NCBI GenBank assembly: GCA_031409335.1
Contig: JANNWY010000033.1
Location: 1-64,000, forward strand
Reading direction: 5' to 3'
Length of the DNA stretch: 64,000 nucleotides
Source of the DNA: Chthoniobacteraceae bacterium
GTDB taxonomy: Bacteria > Verrucomicrobiota > Verrucomicrobiia > Chthoniobacterales > Chthoniobacteraceae
In this document: in pieces, positions 39,001-46,670 of the stretch
How positions within the stretch are numbered: the stretch's first letter is position 1
How the letters are laid out: every line of letters starts with the position of its first letter
Notes under the pieces: generated by a model
Told to the model about the DNA's origin: nothing
Databases searched by the model: none
The model's input: only the letters and a program-made list of their open reading frames with translations
Program-made: the position numbers and the translations under genes

Positions 39001-42000
39001 GGGAAATATCGACGTTGCCGCGGGCCGCGATGTGCAACTGCGCAACCAGTTCGCAACGATCTACACGGCGGGCGTGCGGCTTCCGTATGCGAATACGATC
39101 ATCGGGGAAAACGAGGTGCGGCTGATGAGCCTCTTTTCGGCGAACGACTTCGCGGTGCCGCTGGTGGAGCAAAGCACTTCGCACGTTTCGCAAGGTTCGA
39201 TCCTTGGACAGTTCCAGCAGGCATACGCAGCGCAATATGGCATGGCTGGCGGAGACGTGACGCTCTTTGCGCAACAGGACATCGGTCGGTTCACACTGTT
39301 TAATGGCGAGATCCGCGCAGACTCCTCGCGCCAGCTTCCAAACAACTGGCTGTATCGCCGGGGCTTTGTGGATCCGGCGACGGGCACGTTTGGCGCGGGT
39401 GGCATCGGGGTCTCGTCGGATCTGTCGGCTTCGACGACGTGGTGGGTCGATTTCAGTAATTTCTTCCAAGGCTTCGGGGCGTTGAGCGGCGGCAATGTTG
39501 CCATGTTTGCCGGGCGCGACCTCATCAATGCGGATGCGGTGGCGGCGACAAACGCGCGGATGGCAGGGCGCGATGGAGCGACTGGCAGCTTGCTCGCGCC
39601 GGATGCCAGCAAGCTGTTGGAACTCGGTGGCGGCGACGTGAGGGTGGGCGCGGGAAAGAATATCGACGGCGGCGTCTATTATGTGGAGCGCGGCGTGGGT
39701 AGCTTGGTCGCGGGGGGTGAGATTACGACCAACAGCGCCCGCTCGCCCTCGCTTGGATTCCTGGGGCAGTCGTTCAGCAATATCGAAGTTGTCCAGAGCG
39801 GCTCGCCGTCGGTTTTCGATCCGCTAACCTGGCTGCCGACGACGCTCTTCGTCGGTAAGTCCCGCTTCGATGTCAGTGCTGCTGGCGACGTGCTACTCGG
39901 GCCGGTGACGAATCCGTTCTTTCTGCCGCAAGGCGGCAACAACAAGTTCTGGAATAAGACTTACTTTAATACCTATTCGGACAATGCTGGCGTTTCGGTG
40001 GCCTCCTTTGGTGGGAGCGTGACGCATCGGATGGCGGTGACGCTACCCGGTAGCGGCAGTGCCACGGCAACGTTGCAAGCATGGATCTCCCAGCAGAACG
40101 TTTTGACTTCGGAGAACGCTTCGTTCTACGAACCGTGGATTCGCCTGGCTGAGGGAAACACCAGTAACTTCAGCACGATCGCCACCGTGGGCGCGCCATC
40201 GCTTCAGAGCACGGCCTTTGCGGGAAATATCAATCTCGTCGGCGATCTCAACCTTTTCCCGTCCTCGAAAGGTGGGCTCGAACTGATCGCAGCGGAGGGC
40301 GTTATCGGATTGCAACCCTCGGGTAGAACCTACGCGCAAGTCGGTGCCAGCCGCCTGCCGGTCACAGCGTGGATTAGCGCCTCGGTCAATGTCTCGGATG
40401 CCGATCCGGCTGGCCTGCCGGGGATCGCATCCCCTCTCGCGTATCGCGCGCTGGCGGGGAGTTCAGAGAATGCGCTCCGGGACAATATCGTCAATCCGTT
40501 TGCTGGCATCGACCCATCCTTCCTGGAGACGGGCTCTTTCACCGGATTCGCGGCAAGTGCGGAGTCGCAGCGGGCGCTGCACGCGACCAGCCCGTTGCAT
40601 GCGGGCGATCGCGCGCCCGTCCGGCTTTATGCGCTGGATGGGGACATCACGGCCATCACGCTCTTTGCGCCGAAGGCGAGCCAAATCGCGGCGTCGAACG
40701 ACATCACGGACATCGCGTTTTATCTCCAGAATACGCAATCGGAGAGTATCTCGTTTGTTGCCGCCGGGCGCGACATTGTCGGATTCAACGAGAACAGCAG
40801 GCTGCGATCGGTCGCCCGCGATCTCGCCCAGGGAAACACCGTGGTTCCTTCGGTGCTCTCCAAGTCTCCGCTCACCGTGGTGGGGACGAGGAGTGCTTCA
40901 CTGGCGGGTGACATCCAGATCAATGGACTGGGCGTGCTGGAAGTGCTGGCGGGTGGAGATCTCGATCTCGGGACTGGCGCTAACCTAAGGGATGGCACGG
41001 GCACCGGCTTCACCAGTATTGGCAATTCCCGGAACCCATTTCTGCCATTCGGCGGGGCGGACATCATTGTCATGGCCGGTGTGCCTGGGCCGGGAGGTGA
41101 AGGACCAGCTCTGGGTCTCCGCGATAGCTCCCTTGATTTTGAAGCATTCATTACTTCATCGAAAATCGCGGACAGTAAGTTGGATTCCGCCTATCTGGAT
41201 AAACTCGAGTTCACGGGAGCATTCCAGTCGCTTACAAACGAGCAGCAGGCGATCGTTGCCTTGGAAGTGTTCTATCGCAAATTGCGCGATGCCGGACGCG
41301 GTTCCGCCACCACCGGCAACTACGATCCTGGATTTGCGGCGGTTGACACCCTGTTTGGGCAGGCGCAGAACGCAGGCGAAATCTTCACCCGCACGCGCGA
41401 CATCCGCACGAGCGTCGGCGGGGCGATTTCGATCGCTGCACCAGGCGGCGGGTTCACCATGGCTTCCGACATTTTTGGCAATCCGCTGACGCCGCCTGGC
41501 ATTGTCAGCGAGTTCGGCGGAACGCTTTCCATTTTCACGGATGAAAGCGTGAATATCGGTCAGGCTCGCATCTTCACGCTGCGCGGAGGCGACATCGTCA
41601 TCTGGTCATCCAAAGGCGACATCGCGGCAGGCAGCGCTCCGAAGACCGTCGTGACGGCGCCGCCCACGCGGGTGCTCGTCGATTCAAACAGTGCGGATGT
41701 GCAGACGGACTTGGGCGGCCTGGCGACTGGCGGCGGCATCGGCGTCCTGGCTTCAGTGGAGGGCATCATGCCTGGCAACGTGGACCTTATCGCGCCCGGA
41801 GGCTTTGTGGATGCGGGCGACGCTGGCATCCGCGCCACGGGGAATCTGAGCATCGCCGCAGTGGCAGTGCTCAACGCGTCGAACATTTCCGTTTCTGGAA
41901 GCTCAAGCGGCGTGCCGAGCGCACCCACCGTCGCGGCCCCGAACATCGGCGGATTGACCGCAGCCTCAAACACCGCCGCGGCCAGCACCAGCTCCGCTCA

Positions 42001-42103
42001 GGATCTTGCGAAAAAGCAGGTTCCCGCGGCACCGGTCAAAGAAGAAGACCCATCAATCATCACCGTCGAAGTGATCGGCTATGGTGGAGGCGAAGGCTCT
42101 TAG
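30092..42103 (+). CDS. Giant filamentous-haemagglutinin-family TpsA protein (about 4003 aa) with C-terminal DUF3739 (PdtA-like)
   Basis: TPS domain LSWQTFNIG..NKVND..SQILGSI..VYVINQNGIIFG; long beta-helix-like G/T/S-rich body; C-terminal RIFTLRGGDIVIWSSKGDIAAG..TGGGIG..VDAGDAGIR..ITVEVIGYG. Start 30092 or 30128. Confidence 0.9.
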   Translation: MKLRRLTRSGGPMRDGPALRNHRASTTTAIGVAAALAASLMAEAGDILRGGAPAATRQGNAGFGNNPAPTAQARANAKDVLSRTTEAVQAVKGMQAAARNAAIQGPNNLGLNPNKPGVQLPNVPNGLTTGGLQVGNTKLWRGATLPTQSVANVRTKVAIKQTKPQALLSWQTFNIGKETTLSFDQSAGGDNQGQWIAFNKVNDPSGVPSQILGSIEGLGQVYVINQNGIIFGGSSQINLHTLVASSLLINDGLIARGLLNNPDAHFLFSNLPIASGKNGTPAFNPVVTDPAFSVDPLNPTRTVSQVVASDGKTPAAPIQFRVSVTRPGTGAATLSPTADYTLATNAAGKSVVTFTPDGLVKVAGGSVKISYTPAAIKSGDVTVQKGAILASPVNDAGNGGRVMLVGPNVENAGTILTPAGQTILAAGLQVGVAAHASNDPSLRGLDVWVGAVGSDTGKATNRGLIDAPTGSISMVGRFVNQLGAAESATSVSLNGRIDLRASYGAVGNPNFTDSTLPFVFQKTGVVTFGEGSVTRILPDYLSERTVPGTTLPESSQINVDGLAIHFSRNSMMLAPSGNIRLSAGLWPYRDVNGDRTTLGSDGLVESGLSTHLAGGEQRFLFDSGQIYLDSSSFINVAGTTDVNVPLSQSLLDVEFRGSEFADAPLQRDRLLRGAGLTVDIRRTGTFDGRFWMGTSLGDVTGLAGLIQRNAAQLTAAGGSVNVQAGGSIVIRDGAAIDVSGGFFQHEGGMVRTTRLLQGGRLIDIADARPDQLYDGTFTGISTFEHPKYGITETFTIPWMRNERFEEGFVEGASGGTLALTAPGMALDGALLGLTVAGPRQRTDRAPHSQLTLAFEAERLYGPALPQVDTIRYSPTPPTVRLTPGATQTAPGAFVLNGDAPAALAAGRLKLVTLSPDLFTGQGFGHLSIANPDGTVVVPEGVSVAAPAKGSLSLSGSNITIRGAVSAAGGDLKFRVFNLSPSFVDEFRRLRNLTPQADPRPNRDRGFFTLAETGRLEASGLIADDRVNIPSALARPLVLAGGSISIEAFSTQLMVGSTIDVSGGAGISTRGRVTYGNGGSISILTGRDLSLTSVTGGRFGPGAVLSGYSGATGGSLSLRAMLIQIGGRAQFANTLVLEPALFQQGGFTAYSLTGIGRDSTTKPETGAPETYAPAISVAPGTVVRPIAENWMAVPNPPGSGETVLRPFTNQVGVRSPVSMSFAALGSDDSFSTDILEARGDIVLRAGSLIETDPGGGITLGGDTVSIMGSLTAPGGTIAIRGRAVFPLAPLVEGSTLSALPTVSIGPKARISTAGTTVLLPDAFGRRTGTVSRGGVITVFGNIVAESEATLDVSGSFASFDLSPSALGHVGSPIVPANSGVTAPLWTLGSETTRIDSAGGLIEIEGSQLLLSDATLLGSAGGPTATGGTLSVHSGRFYPRSGGNIAVSVRSTDINLVITQRGNVIPDTGITGIGRPVLSESGAPIRGFGRFAIERFSRGGFDSLELGAKFLETSTFPVGGNLQFRGPVAIEARGYLRLAAGGVLQADSSVGLRASYISIGQPFRAPINPNDPVAVFQQSPAGGGVQDLAFAPTFGSGSLKLQAGLVDIGNLSLQKIGRAVVDSSGDIRGNGTVAIRGDLTLRAAQLYPTSLSTFNLFAYDPELGSGSIVIRGGGASAVPLSVGANLNVFASSIIQDGVLRAPVGSITLGWDGKTDFDPIDSDIDGPTDPISKNVLPVAVADRVTLGAQSFTSVSATNSTLGTAVLLPYGLSPDGFSWIDPRGVNVTTGGVPEKRVVIAGESVTTRRGAVVDIGGGGDLYAYRWVPGTGGNIDRLGTASSAWSASTPYQSGDLVLFNGQTWSARVASLDKRPTIGLSWSRVGESFAVIPDFAAPFAPYNPFNSGGNATSLQGDPGYIFTANPVGDRVRTSLLSVGRVNAGMRIGDRIYLDSTPGMDAGFYTLLPRRYALMPGAFLVTPLDGSPLGSFALPDGANLASGYRLDAFSQTGEIPALRSRFEIASSAVTLARSKFENYLGNTFFSDAAKRLEIERPQQTPIDGGYLSYHGNSAIFLLGDVRAASAHGGRGAMVDVSSFADLYIIGGRGAAPAGARAVVEVERLNSWGVESLLIGGLRQRTATGTIVDVRTNGLTLNNAGITLGAPEVVLASRSALTVGAGSALVSTGALSQPADLLLPGNDGALVRVSGDLNAASNRTGLPATSTPLLTIGAGARIGGRSATLDSTAGSLFDPSAVLNARALTLGSGQISILLDQPSAGLTGSLVEQHLTISGKLLQDVQQANSLTLRSYRTIDTYGSGTFGSPALDTLTLFAAGVRGYDQGPGTATFEVGNLVLGNPSNVVPIEAPAVVSGSLRVAANTIRLGANNFAAGGYENVEFNAAGGVLGRSAGAFTTPGNLTINTPLITGVRGATQAVTAGGALVLNRTDGAVAVRGGLGSSFTFTGTTVLADTNIQLPSGEIVLRAMTGDVVVGGQLNVAGTRQEFYDLTRYSNAGRILITSDQGDVKLAAGSLLSVASAGFGKAGSISINAASGEFLNEGKLNLLGQASSDANSGTFLLDVLSAGTYANVNDPLQAGGFFNERNIRIRTGSVTIDGITRARDFSLSADEGAITVTGTIDASGRTGGQIILVSGSSLTLESNARLTVQAGEFNSAGKGGSIRLEAGAAIDGTANEFALLDIKDNATINLGVDSYVAGAYTDAKASAFRGRFQGTLHLRAPRVGNDIGVGPIGGDVSGASSILVEGFRVYDRTLEGTLDNALRDTIHFEAQSYMDDGYDTMLAKLVGANASLSPLLVLAPGVEIISRTGDLVLGTDVDDYTNDWDLSGFRYGPKQAPGVLTIRAVGNVEFKNALSDGFRGDFSPNDFGEFPPPGQELWLRPLMDISATLPVNTQSWSYRLVAGSDLSAADFRRLKPLDTLADGKGSVLVGKFYAPNLVSGTEATTAAAIDNRFQVIRTGAGNIDVAAGRDVQLRNQFATIYTAGVRLPYANTIIGENEVRLMSLFSANDFAVPLVEQSTSHVSQGSILGQFQQAYAAQYGMAGGDVTLFAQQDIGRFTLFNGEIRADSSRQLPNNWLYRRGFVDPATGTFGAGGIGVSSDLSASTTWWVDFSNFFQGFGALSGGNVAMFAGRDLINADAVAATNARMAGRDGATGSLLAPDASKLLELGGGDVRVGAGKNIDGGVYYVERGVGSLVAGGEITTNSARSPSLGFLGQSFSNIEVVQSGSPSVFDPLTWLPTTLFVGKSRFDVSAAGDVLLGPVTNPFFLPQGGNNKFWNKTYFNTYSDNAGVSVASFGGSVTHRMAVTLPGSGSATATLQAWISQQNVLTSENASFYEPWIRLAEGNTSNFSTIATVGAPSLQSTAFAGNINLVGDLNLFPSSKGGLELIAAEGVIGLQPSGRTYAQVGASRLPVTAWISASVNVSDADPAGLPGIASPLAYRALAGSSENALRDNIVNPFAGIDPSFLETGSFTGFAASAESQRALHATSPLHAGDRAPVRLYALDGDITAITLFAPKASQIAASNDITDIAFYLQNTQSESISFVAAGRDIVGFNENSRLRSVARDLAQGNTVVPSVLSKSPLTVVGTRSASLAGDIQINGLGVLEVLAGGDLDLGTGANLRDGTGTGFTSIGNSRNPFLPFGGADIIVMAGVPGPGGEGPALGLRDSSLDFEAFITSSKIADSKLDSAYLDKLEFTGAFQSLTNEQQAIVALEVFYRKLRDAGRGSATTGNYDPGFAAVDTLFGQAQNAGEIFTRTRDIRTSVGGAISIAAPGGGFTMASDIFGNPLTPPGIVSEFGGTLSIFTDESVNIGQARIFTLRGGDIVIWSSKGDIAAGSAPKTVVTAPPTRVLVDSNSADVQTDLGGLATGGGIGVLASVEGIMPGNVDLIAPGGFVDAGDAGIRATGNLSIAAVAVLNASNISVSGSSSGVPSAPTVAAPNIGGLTAASNTAAASTSSAQDLAKKQVPAAPVKEEDPSIITVEVIGYGGGEGS

Positions 42104-42118
42104 CGAAATCCACATGCA

Positions 42119-43135
42119 ATGATACTATCCGATCCATCCAGATGGCTTCACAGTTCGTGCTTACGCACGTCGCAGTATGATTTCCCGTCTTTGAGGTTCC
42201 GAGTTTCACATCGAAAGGACATCAGGAACATCACCGTCAACTGGCCAAGGGCTAGCAGCCTCATCTTCGCGAGCCTGCTGGTCCTCTGCACTTCCGCGCT
42301 GCATGCCCGGTCGGTGGACGAGGCAAAAAGGCTGCAAGAACTCACAACGGCGGCGGACGTGGGTGACGCCGAGGCTGAATACAGCCTTGCCCGCTTCCTT
42401 CTGACTTCCGAGGGCGATGCTGACGACAAGACCAAGGCGCTCGACTTGATGCGCAAGGCTGCCGGGAAAGGCCACGCCGATGCCATCGGAGGAGTCGGTT
42501 ACTTTTACTCCGTTGGCGTCGGAGTCGCATTGGACGAAGCGCAGGCAGTCGAGTGGTTTCGCAAGGGTGCCGACAAGGGCTCCGCCAAGGCGCAACTGAA
42601 TTTGGGGTTGATGATCGCGAATGGAAAAGGAGTGCCGAAAGATGAGGCGGAGGGTCTGCGTCTCATCGACATCGCAGCCAACAAGGGCCAGCGGGACGCG
42701 CTCTATTCCCAAGCCGAGACTTACTTTTACGGGCAGTTCGGGCGGGGGATGGACTATGGGAAAGCGCGTGCCGGTTTTCAGAAAGCCGCCGAAGCGGGAC
42801 ACGCGGGCGCGCAGAATAATCTGGGTGCCATCTTGCGGGACGGGCTGGGGGCTGAAAAGGATGAGTCGGCAGCCATCGGTTGGTTCCGAAGGGCGGCGGA
42901 GCAGGGGTTTGCCAAGGCGCAGAGCAACCTTGGGCATCTTCTCGGCGTCAATGTCGAGGATCGCGCACGAAGGCTGGAGGCATTGAAATGGACAATGCTC
43001 GCATCCGACCGGGGCGAGATCACTGCGGTGAAAACAATCGAGGAACTAACGCCTAACGCGCGTCCTGAAGATTTAATCGAGGCCCGAAAAATGGCTCGCC
43101 TGTTTCAAGCGAAACGCGAGGGCGACGGGCGGTAG
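42119..43135 (+). CDS. Sel1-repeat protein (true start probably downstream)
   Basis: Repeated A..WFRKAA.G..AQ.NLG..G.G units; hydrophobic signal-like segment SLIFASLLVLCTSALHA. Confidence 0.85.
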   Translation: MILSDPSRWLHSSCLRTSQYDFPSLRFRVSHRKDIRNITVNWPRASSLIFASLLVLCTSALHARSVDEAKRLQELTTAADVGDAEAEYSLARFLLTSEGDADDKTKALDLMRKAAGKGHADAIGGVGYFYSVGVGVALDEAQAVEWFRKGADKGSAKAQLNLGLMIANGKGVPKDEAEGLRLIDIAANKGQRDALYSQAETYFYGQFGRGMDYGKARAGFQKAAEAGHAGAQNNLGAILRDGLGAEKDESAAIGWFRRAAEQGFAKAQSNLGHLLGVNVEDRARRLEALKWTMLASDRGEITAVKTIEELTPNARPEDLIEARKMARLFQAKREGDGR

Positions 43136-43143
43136 GAGTCGCC

Positions 43144-43782
43144 TTACTGTGCTGTTTCGCTCGCGTCTTCCGGGGACGAAGGCTGGTCCAGCGCGTTGAT
43201 CGCAGTTTCCATGCTCTTCTGCAGGTAGGCCGAATCTCCGAAAACGATCCGATAAATCGAGTCCGCCTGTTCCTGCTCGGCAGTCCAGACTTGCGCGAGA
43301 TCCTCGTCGGCGAGGGTCGCCGCGGCGTCGTTGATGCGGGCGACGAACTGATCCGAGATTTCTTGCAAAGCACTGGCTTGCGCTGGCGACAGTGCGTCGT
43401 CCGATGCGGCAAAGGCGACAGGCGCGCGGACACCGGCGCTTAGTTCGAGCACGAGGTCTGGAGTGGAGGTGGCACTCGCGCGCCGGGCTGCGGGGGGTTG
43501 CGGTTGTGTGAAAACGGTAATGCGGCGCAGGCGCGGATGGGTGGGTTCGGGCAGGCTGTCCGTCTCTTCGGCGAATGCGGATACCTGCTCGCTGACCTCC
43601 AGGTTTTCTCCGGGAGTGGTCGCTGCCATTTCAGCGGAGATGCTGGGTGGGAGCGAGGTCGCGTGGTGATCGGTCGAGGTCGATGTGGCTGCGCTCGCGG
43701 AATGATCGGAGCGACCGAGATCTGAGAATGTTAGGATTGCCAACACCAAAACGGCGACTGCACAGAGGACTAGTTTATTCAT
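43144..43782 (-). CDS. Hypothetical membrane-anchored/secreted protein
   Basis: MNKLVLCAVAVLVLAILTF anchor, S/T/P-rich linker, helical end W..AQEQAD..YRIVFG. Confidence 0.6.
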   Translation of the reverse strand: MNKLVLCAVAVLVLAILTFSDLGRSDHSASAATSTSTDHHATSLPPSISAEMAATTPGENLEVSEQVSAFAEETDSLPEPTHPRLRRITVFTQPQPPAARRASATSTPDLVLELSAGVRAPVAFAASDDALSPAQASALQEISDQFVARINDAAATLADEDLAQVWTAEQEQADSIYRIVFGDSAYLQKSMETAINALDQPSSPEDASETAQ

Positions 43783-43830
43783 CGGTTCAATTTGGAGTTG
43801 CATTCTTATCCGAGTGTTGGCGGTGGGGCT

Positions 43831-43869
43831 AAAATGGAAACTGGCGCCGGGGATGAACCCGGCGCCAGT
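43831..43869 (-). terminator. Intrinsic terminator downstream of PstS/DING-like gene
   Basis: Perfect 12-bp stem ACTGGCGCCGGG-gatgaa-CCCGGCGCCAGT, followed on the minus strand by TTCCATTTT. Confidence 0.75.
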
Positions 43870-43924
43870 CCCGAACGGTCAACCCATGCCTGATGGCGCG
43901 TGGCAGGCCGGTAATAGCATTCGA

Positions 43925-45307
43925 TTAGGGGACGGTGACGGTCGAGCCGTCGTTGCCGCGCGTTGCGACCATCGCCGTAAGGGCGACACCGGAATTCGCG
44001 AGGCCGCCTGGAATGCTGGCGACGATTCCGCCAGCACCATAGACGATCGTGTTCTGATCGGTCGAGAGTGTGCCGCGGTTGAAGAGGCGCTCGTAGCTCC
44101 AAACGGTGTATTGACCGTTGGTCACCTTAAAGCGATCGGCAGGCAGGAGGCCCGTCGGATCAACTGTCGTGGAGACCGGCGTGATTTTCACGCCGTTGTA
44201 GCTCAGGACATCGCCGCCGCCGGCGATGACACCGACGCCGTCGTTGGTTCCGACAAACCCGATAACGGATATCGCTCGTGGGTTTCCGACGGAGGTTCCA
44301 ACGTAGCTGCCGGTGCTGCCGAGGTCCGTTCCTGTTGGTCCGAGCACTCGAACGGAGCTGGTATCAAGCTGCAGCAGGATTGAGACGTTGCCGCCGCTGA
44401 AGTAGCCGCCATTGCCAGTCGTCAGCGGATTCCACAGAACCGAATTGTTGTTCGCGTCCTGTGCATCATTCGAAGGCCAGAGTTGGAGGAAGTTGGCGAC
44501 ATCTAAGGTCGATCCGGCAGAGGTGACACCGTTGAAACCATTGGCACCCAGCTTGAACTGGTTGATAAGTGTGGAGACACCGACAGCGGGTTCGATCATG
44601 TAAACTGCGCGGGTTCCGGAACCGTCATTGCGGCCCGTAGCCAACACGCGACCAGTGGTGTCCGCAGCGAGGCCGGTGAAGGTGCTGAGCGGCACGCCAC
44701 GGTTATTTGCCAGAACGGCTCTCCAGCTTTGTCCCGTGACGTTTGTGAGGTTCACGGAAGAACCCTGGCTTTTGCAGAACACGAAGGTGACGACACCCAC
44801 GCGGGAATCCGCTGGTGAAAGGACAGGAGTTCTGAAGGGGCTGCTGGTCTGCTGCACGTCCGAGAAGGCGAGGTCGGGCTTCTGCGCCACGTTCGCACCC
44901 ACCGGGTTCGAGTTTTGGTTCAGGTTCACGAAGTTGGCCGCGCCGGCGCTTGCCGGGATGCTGGCATCGGGATAATAGAACACGTCATTCGGCGTGCCGG
45001 GAATCGTGGTGCCCACGAGATCGCGGATGCCTTCAGTGGAACCCGAGAAGCGGCAGCGGATGATGGTGTCGCCGACCGTGGTGAAGTTCCCACGGAAGGA
45101 GATCGCGTTCGCTCCGATGTAGTTGGTGTTGCTGGAGTTTGAGTGAACGATGCGCACTGCGCCCACCCCGCCGTAAGCGGCGACGATGGAATTGATCGTG
45201 GCAGTACGGAACGCGGTGGCTCCCGTGATGTTGATGACCGTCTGCGCTTGCGCGGAGGCGGCAATGAGAGTCGCAAAAGCGGCTCCGAGGATGAGTTTGG
45301 ATTTCAT
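43925..45307 (-). CDS. Secreted PstS/DING-like phosphate-binding-fold protein
   Basis: Signal peptide; ITGATAF, SGSTEG, AFSDV, GRNDGSGTR and GQYTVWSYE motifs occur in the same order as the PstS ligand motifs. Confidence 0.72.
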   Translation of the reverse strand: MKSKLILGAAFATLIAASAQAQTVINITGATAFRTATINSIVAAYGGVGAVRIVHSNSSNTNYIGANAISFRGNFTTVGDTIIRCRFSGSTEGIRDLVGTTIPGTPNDVFYYPDASIPASAGAANFVNLNQNSNPVGANVAQKPDLAFSDVQQTSSPFRTPVLSPADSRVGVVTFVFCKSQGSSVNLTNVTGQSWRAVLANNRGVPLSTFTGLAADTTGRVLATGRNDGSGTRAVYMIEPAVGVSTLINQFKLGANGFNGVTSAGSTLDVANFLQLWPSNDAQDANNNSVLWNPLTTGNGGYFSGGNVSILLQLDTSSVRVLGPTGTDLGSTGSYVGTSVGNPRAISVIGFVGTNDGVGVIAGGGDVLSYNGVKITPVSTTVDPTGLLPADRFKVTNGQYTVWSYERLFNRGTLSTDQNTIVYGAGGIVASIPGGLANSGVALTAMVATRGNDGSTVTVP

Positions 45308-45367
45308 TGTGAACTGATTTTTTAGTTTGCGGGTAGGTGACTTACTTGTTGATGCCGAGGGATATGA

Positions 45368-46222
45368 TTAAGCAACGCGGCGGCGGCGGGAGGCGAGGCC
45401 AGCGAGGCCCACGCCGATGAGGAGAGCGGTGGAGGGCTCGGGAACCACGAGGGAGATGGAACCGGCGTTGTCGATCACGACGGTGCCTTCAAACGTTCCA
45501 ACTGCCGTGGGTTCGCCGAAGCCAAACTGCCCGGGAATGTTGTTGAACCCCTGGATCCGATAGAGATCCACGGCTGCTTCAGCATTGACTCCGCCAAGGA
45601 CGCCAAAAATGCCATTGCCGAAAGGCACCTGGACACCCGAGGCAAACTCATTGAAGGCCAGGCCATTGGCTGGATTCTGATCGTTCCAATCGACAAAGTT
45701 CGCGTCCCTCGCGATCAGCGCGAAGTTGGAACTTGCGAGAGTCTCGAAGGAATTGACGCTGCCGAAGATGCCATTGGCCGCGGATTGCACGCCGCCGTTT
45801 GGATTCAACGTGTAGCCGCCGGACGCTGCCACACCTGCCGAACCGACCGACTGCCGGGGAGCGCTCGCATAGACCGTGAGATCCGGGTCGCCGTTGACGA
45901 AGAAGCCGTTGAACTCGTCGTTGCTGCCGACCGTGGCAGCGCCGAAAAAGAGGTCCGTGCGATTAAACCAGTTCGTTCCAAACTGTGTGGTCAGGACAGC
46001 GCCAACATCGATGATGTTGAGGAGGCTGCCCGCAGCGTCGCGCAGAACTCCGGCGTTACCGAGGTTTGCGAGGACAAATCTGTCACTGCCTGCGCCGGTG
46101 GCTTGGATGCCGACAATCAGGTCGCCAAACTCGTAACCGGGATTTTGAGCTAGTGCGGATGCGGAGAGAATCCCTCCCACGAGCGCACTCGCGAGGGCTG
46201 GGAATTTCGTTGTTTTATTCAT
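45368..46222 (-). CDS. PEP-CTERM sorting-domain protein
   Basis: Signal peptide; C-terminal VPEPSTALLIGVGLAGLASRRRR. Confidence 0.92.
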   Translation of the reverse strand: MNKTTKFPALASALVGGILSASALAQNPGYEFGDLIVGIQATGAGSDRFVLANLGNAGVLRDAAGSLLNIIDVGAVLTTQFGTNWFNRTDLFFGAATVGSNDEFNGFFVNGDPDLTVYASAPRQSVGSAGVAASGGYTLNPNGGVQSAANGIFGSVNSFETLASSNFALIARDANFVDWNDQNPANGLAFNEFASGVQVPFGNGIFGVLGGVNAEAAVDLYRIQGFNNIPGQFGFGEPTAVGTFEGTVVIDNAGSISLVVPEPSTALLIGVGLAGLASRRRRVA

Positions 46223-46362
46223 TTTTGATGTGTCTTATTGGTGGAGTATTTTCTGTGCTTGCGATTTACTTTGGTTCGACTGAATTGGGCCAACGCTCAG
46301 GGGGGATTTGGATCCCGGTTCGCTGACTTGTTTGAAACCTCCATCACGCTCACGGCGGCTTG

Positions 46363-46391
46363 ATGACTTTAATGTCACGTTTTTGTGACGA
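46363..46391 (-). promoter_or_regulatory. Pho-box-like array upstream of PEP-CTERM/PstS-like operon
   Basis: Minus strand reads TCGTCAC-aaaa-ACGTGAC-atta-AAGTCAT, 11-bp period, oriented with the operon. Confidence 0.6.
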
Positions 46392-46562
46392 ATCTCGATT
46401 TGGTCACCACGGTGGGGCACCGGCGATGTTGCCACGTTCGTGCGGGCCGTTTTTTGCGAAGCGCGACGCCCAGATCTTTCGCAGCCGCGCACGCGAGCGA
46501 TAGCCCGCCGGGGCATGGCTGCCTTTCTTACCAAAGTCATAGGGCGTGGGTGATTCGCGTGA

Positions 46563-46602
46563 ATGTCATCACATTGTCACTCTGGCGACACGATTCCGAC
46601 AC
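46563..46602 (+). promoter_or_regulatory. Pho-box-like array upstream of the response regulator
   Basis: ATGTCAT (46563), TTGTCAC (46574), GCGACAC (46585), CCGACAC (46596): 11-bp period. Confidence 0.7.
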
Positions 46603-46670
46603 AAGGGCGTGTTTCATTTATCCCTAAGCCTGCCGGATTCTCCGGGAGGTGCTGCCAATCGTTCTGAACC

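Noticed and set aside
30092..43135. CdiA/CdiI contact-dependent inhibition pair
   Set aside because: No VENN or pre-toxin motif or variable toxin tip; the C-terminus is DUF3739-like and the next gene is a Sel1-repeat protein.
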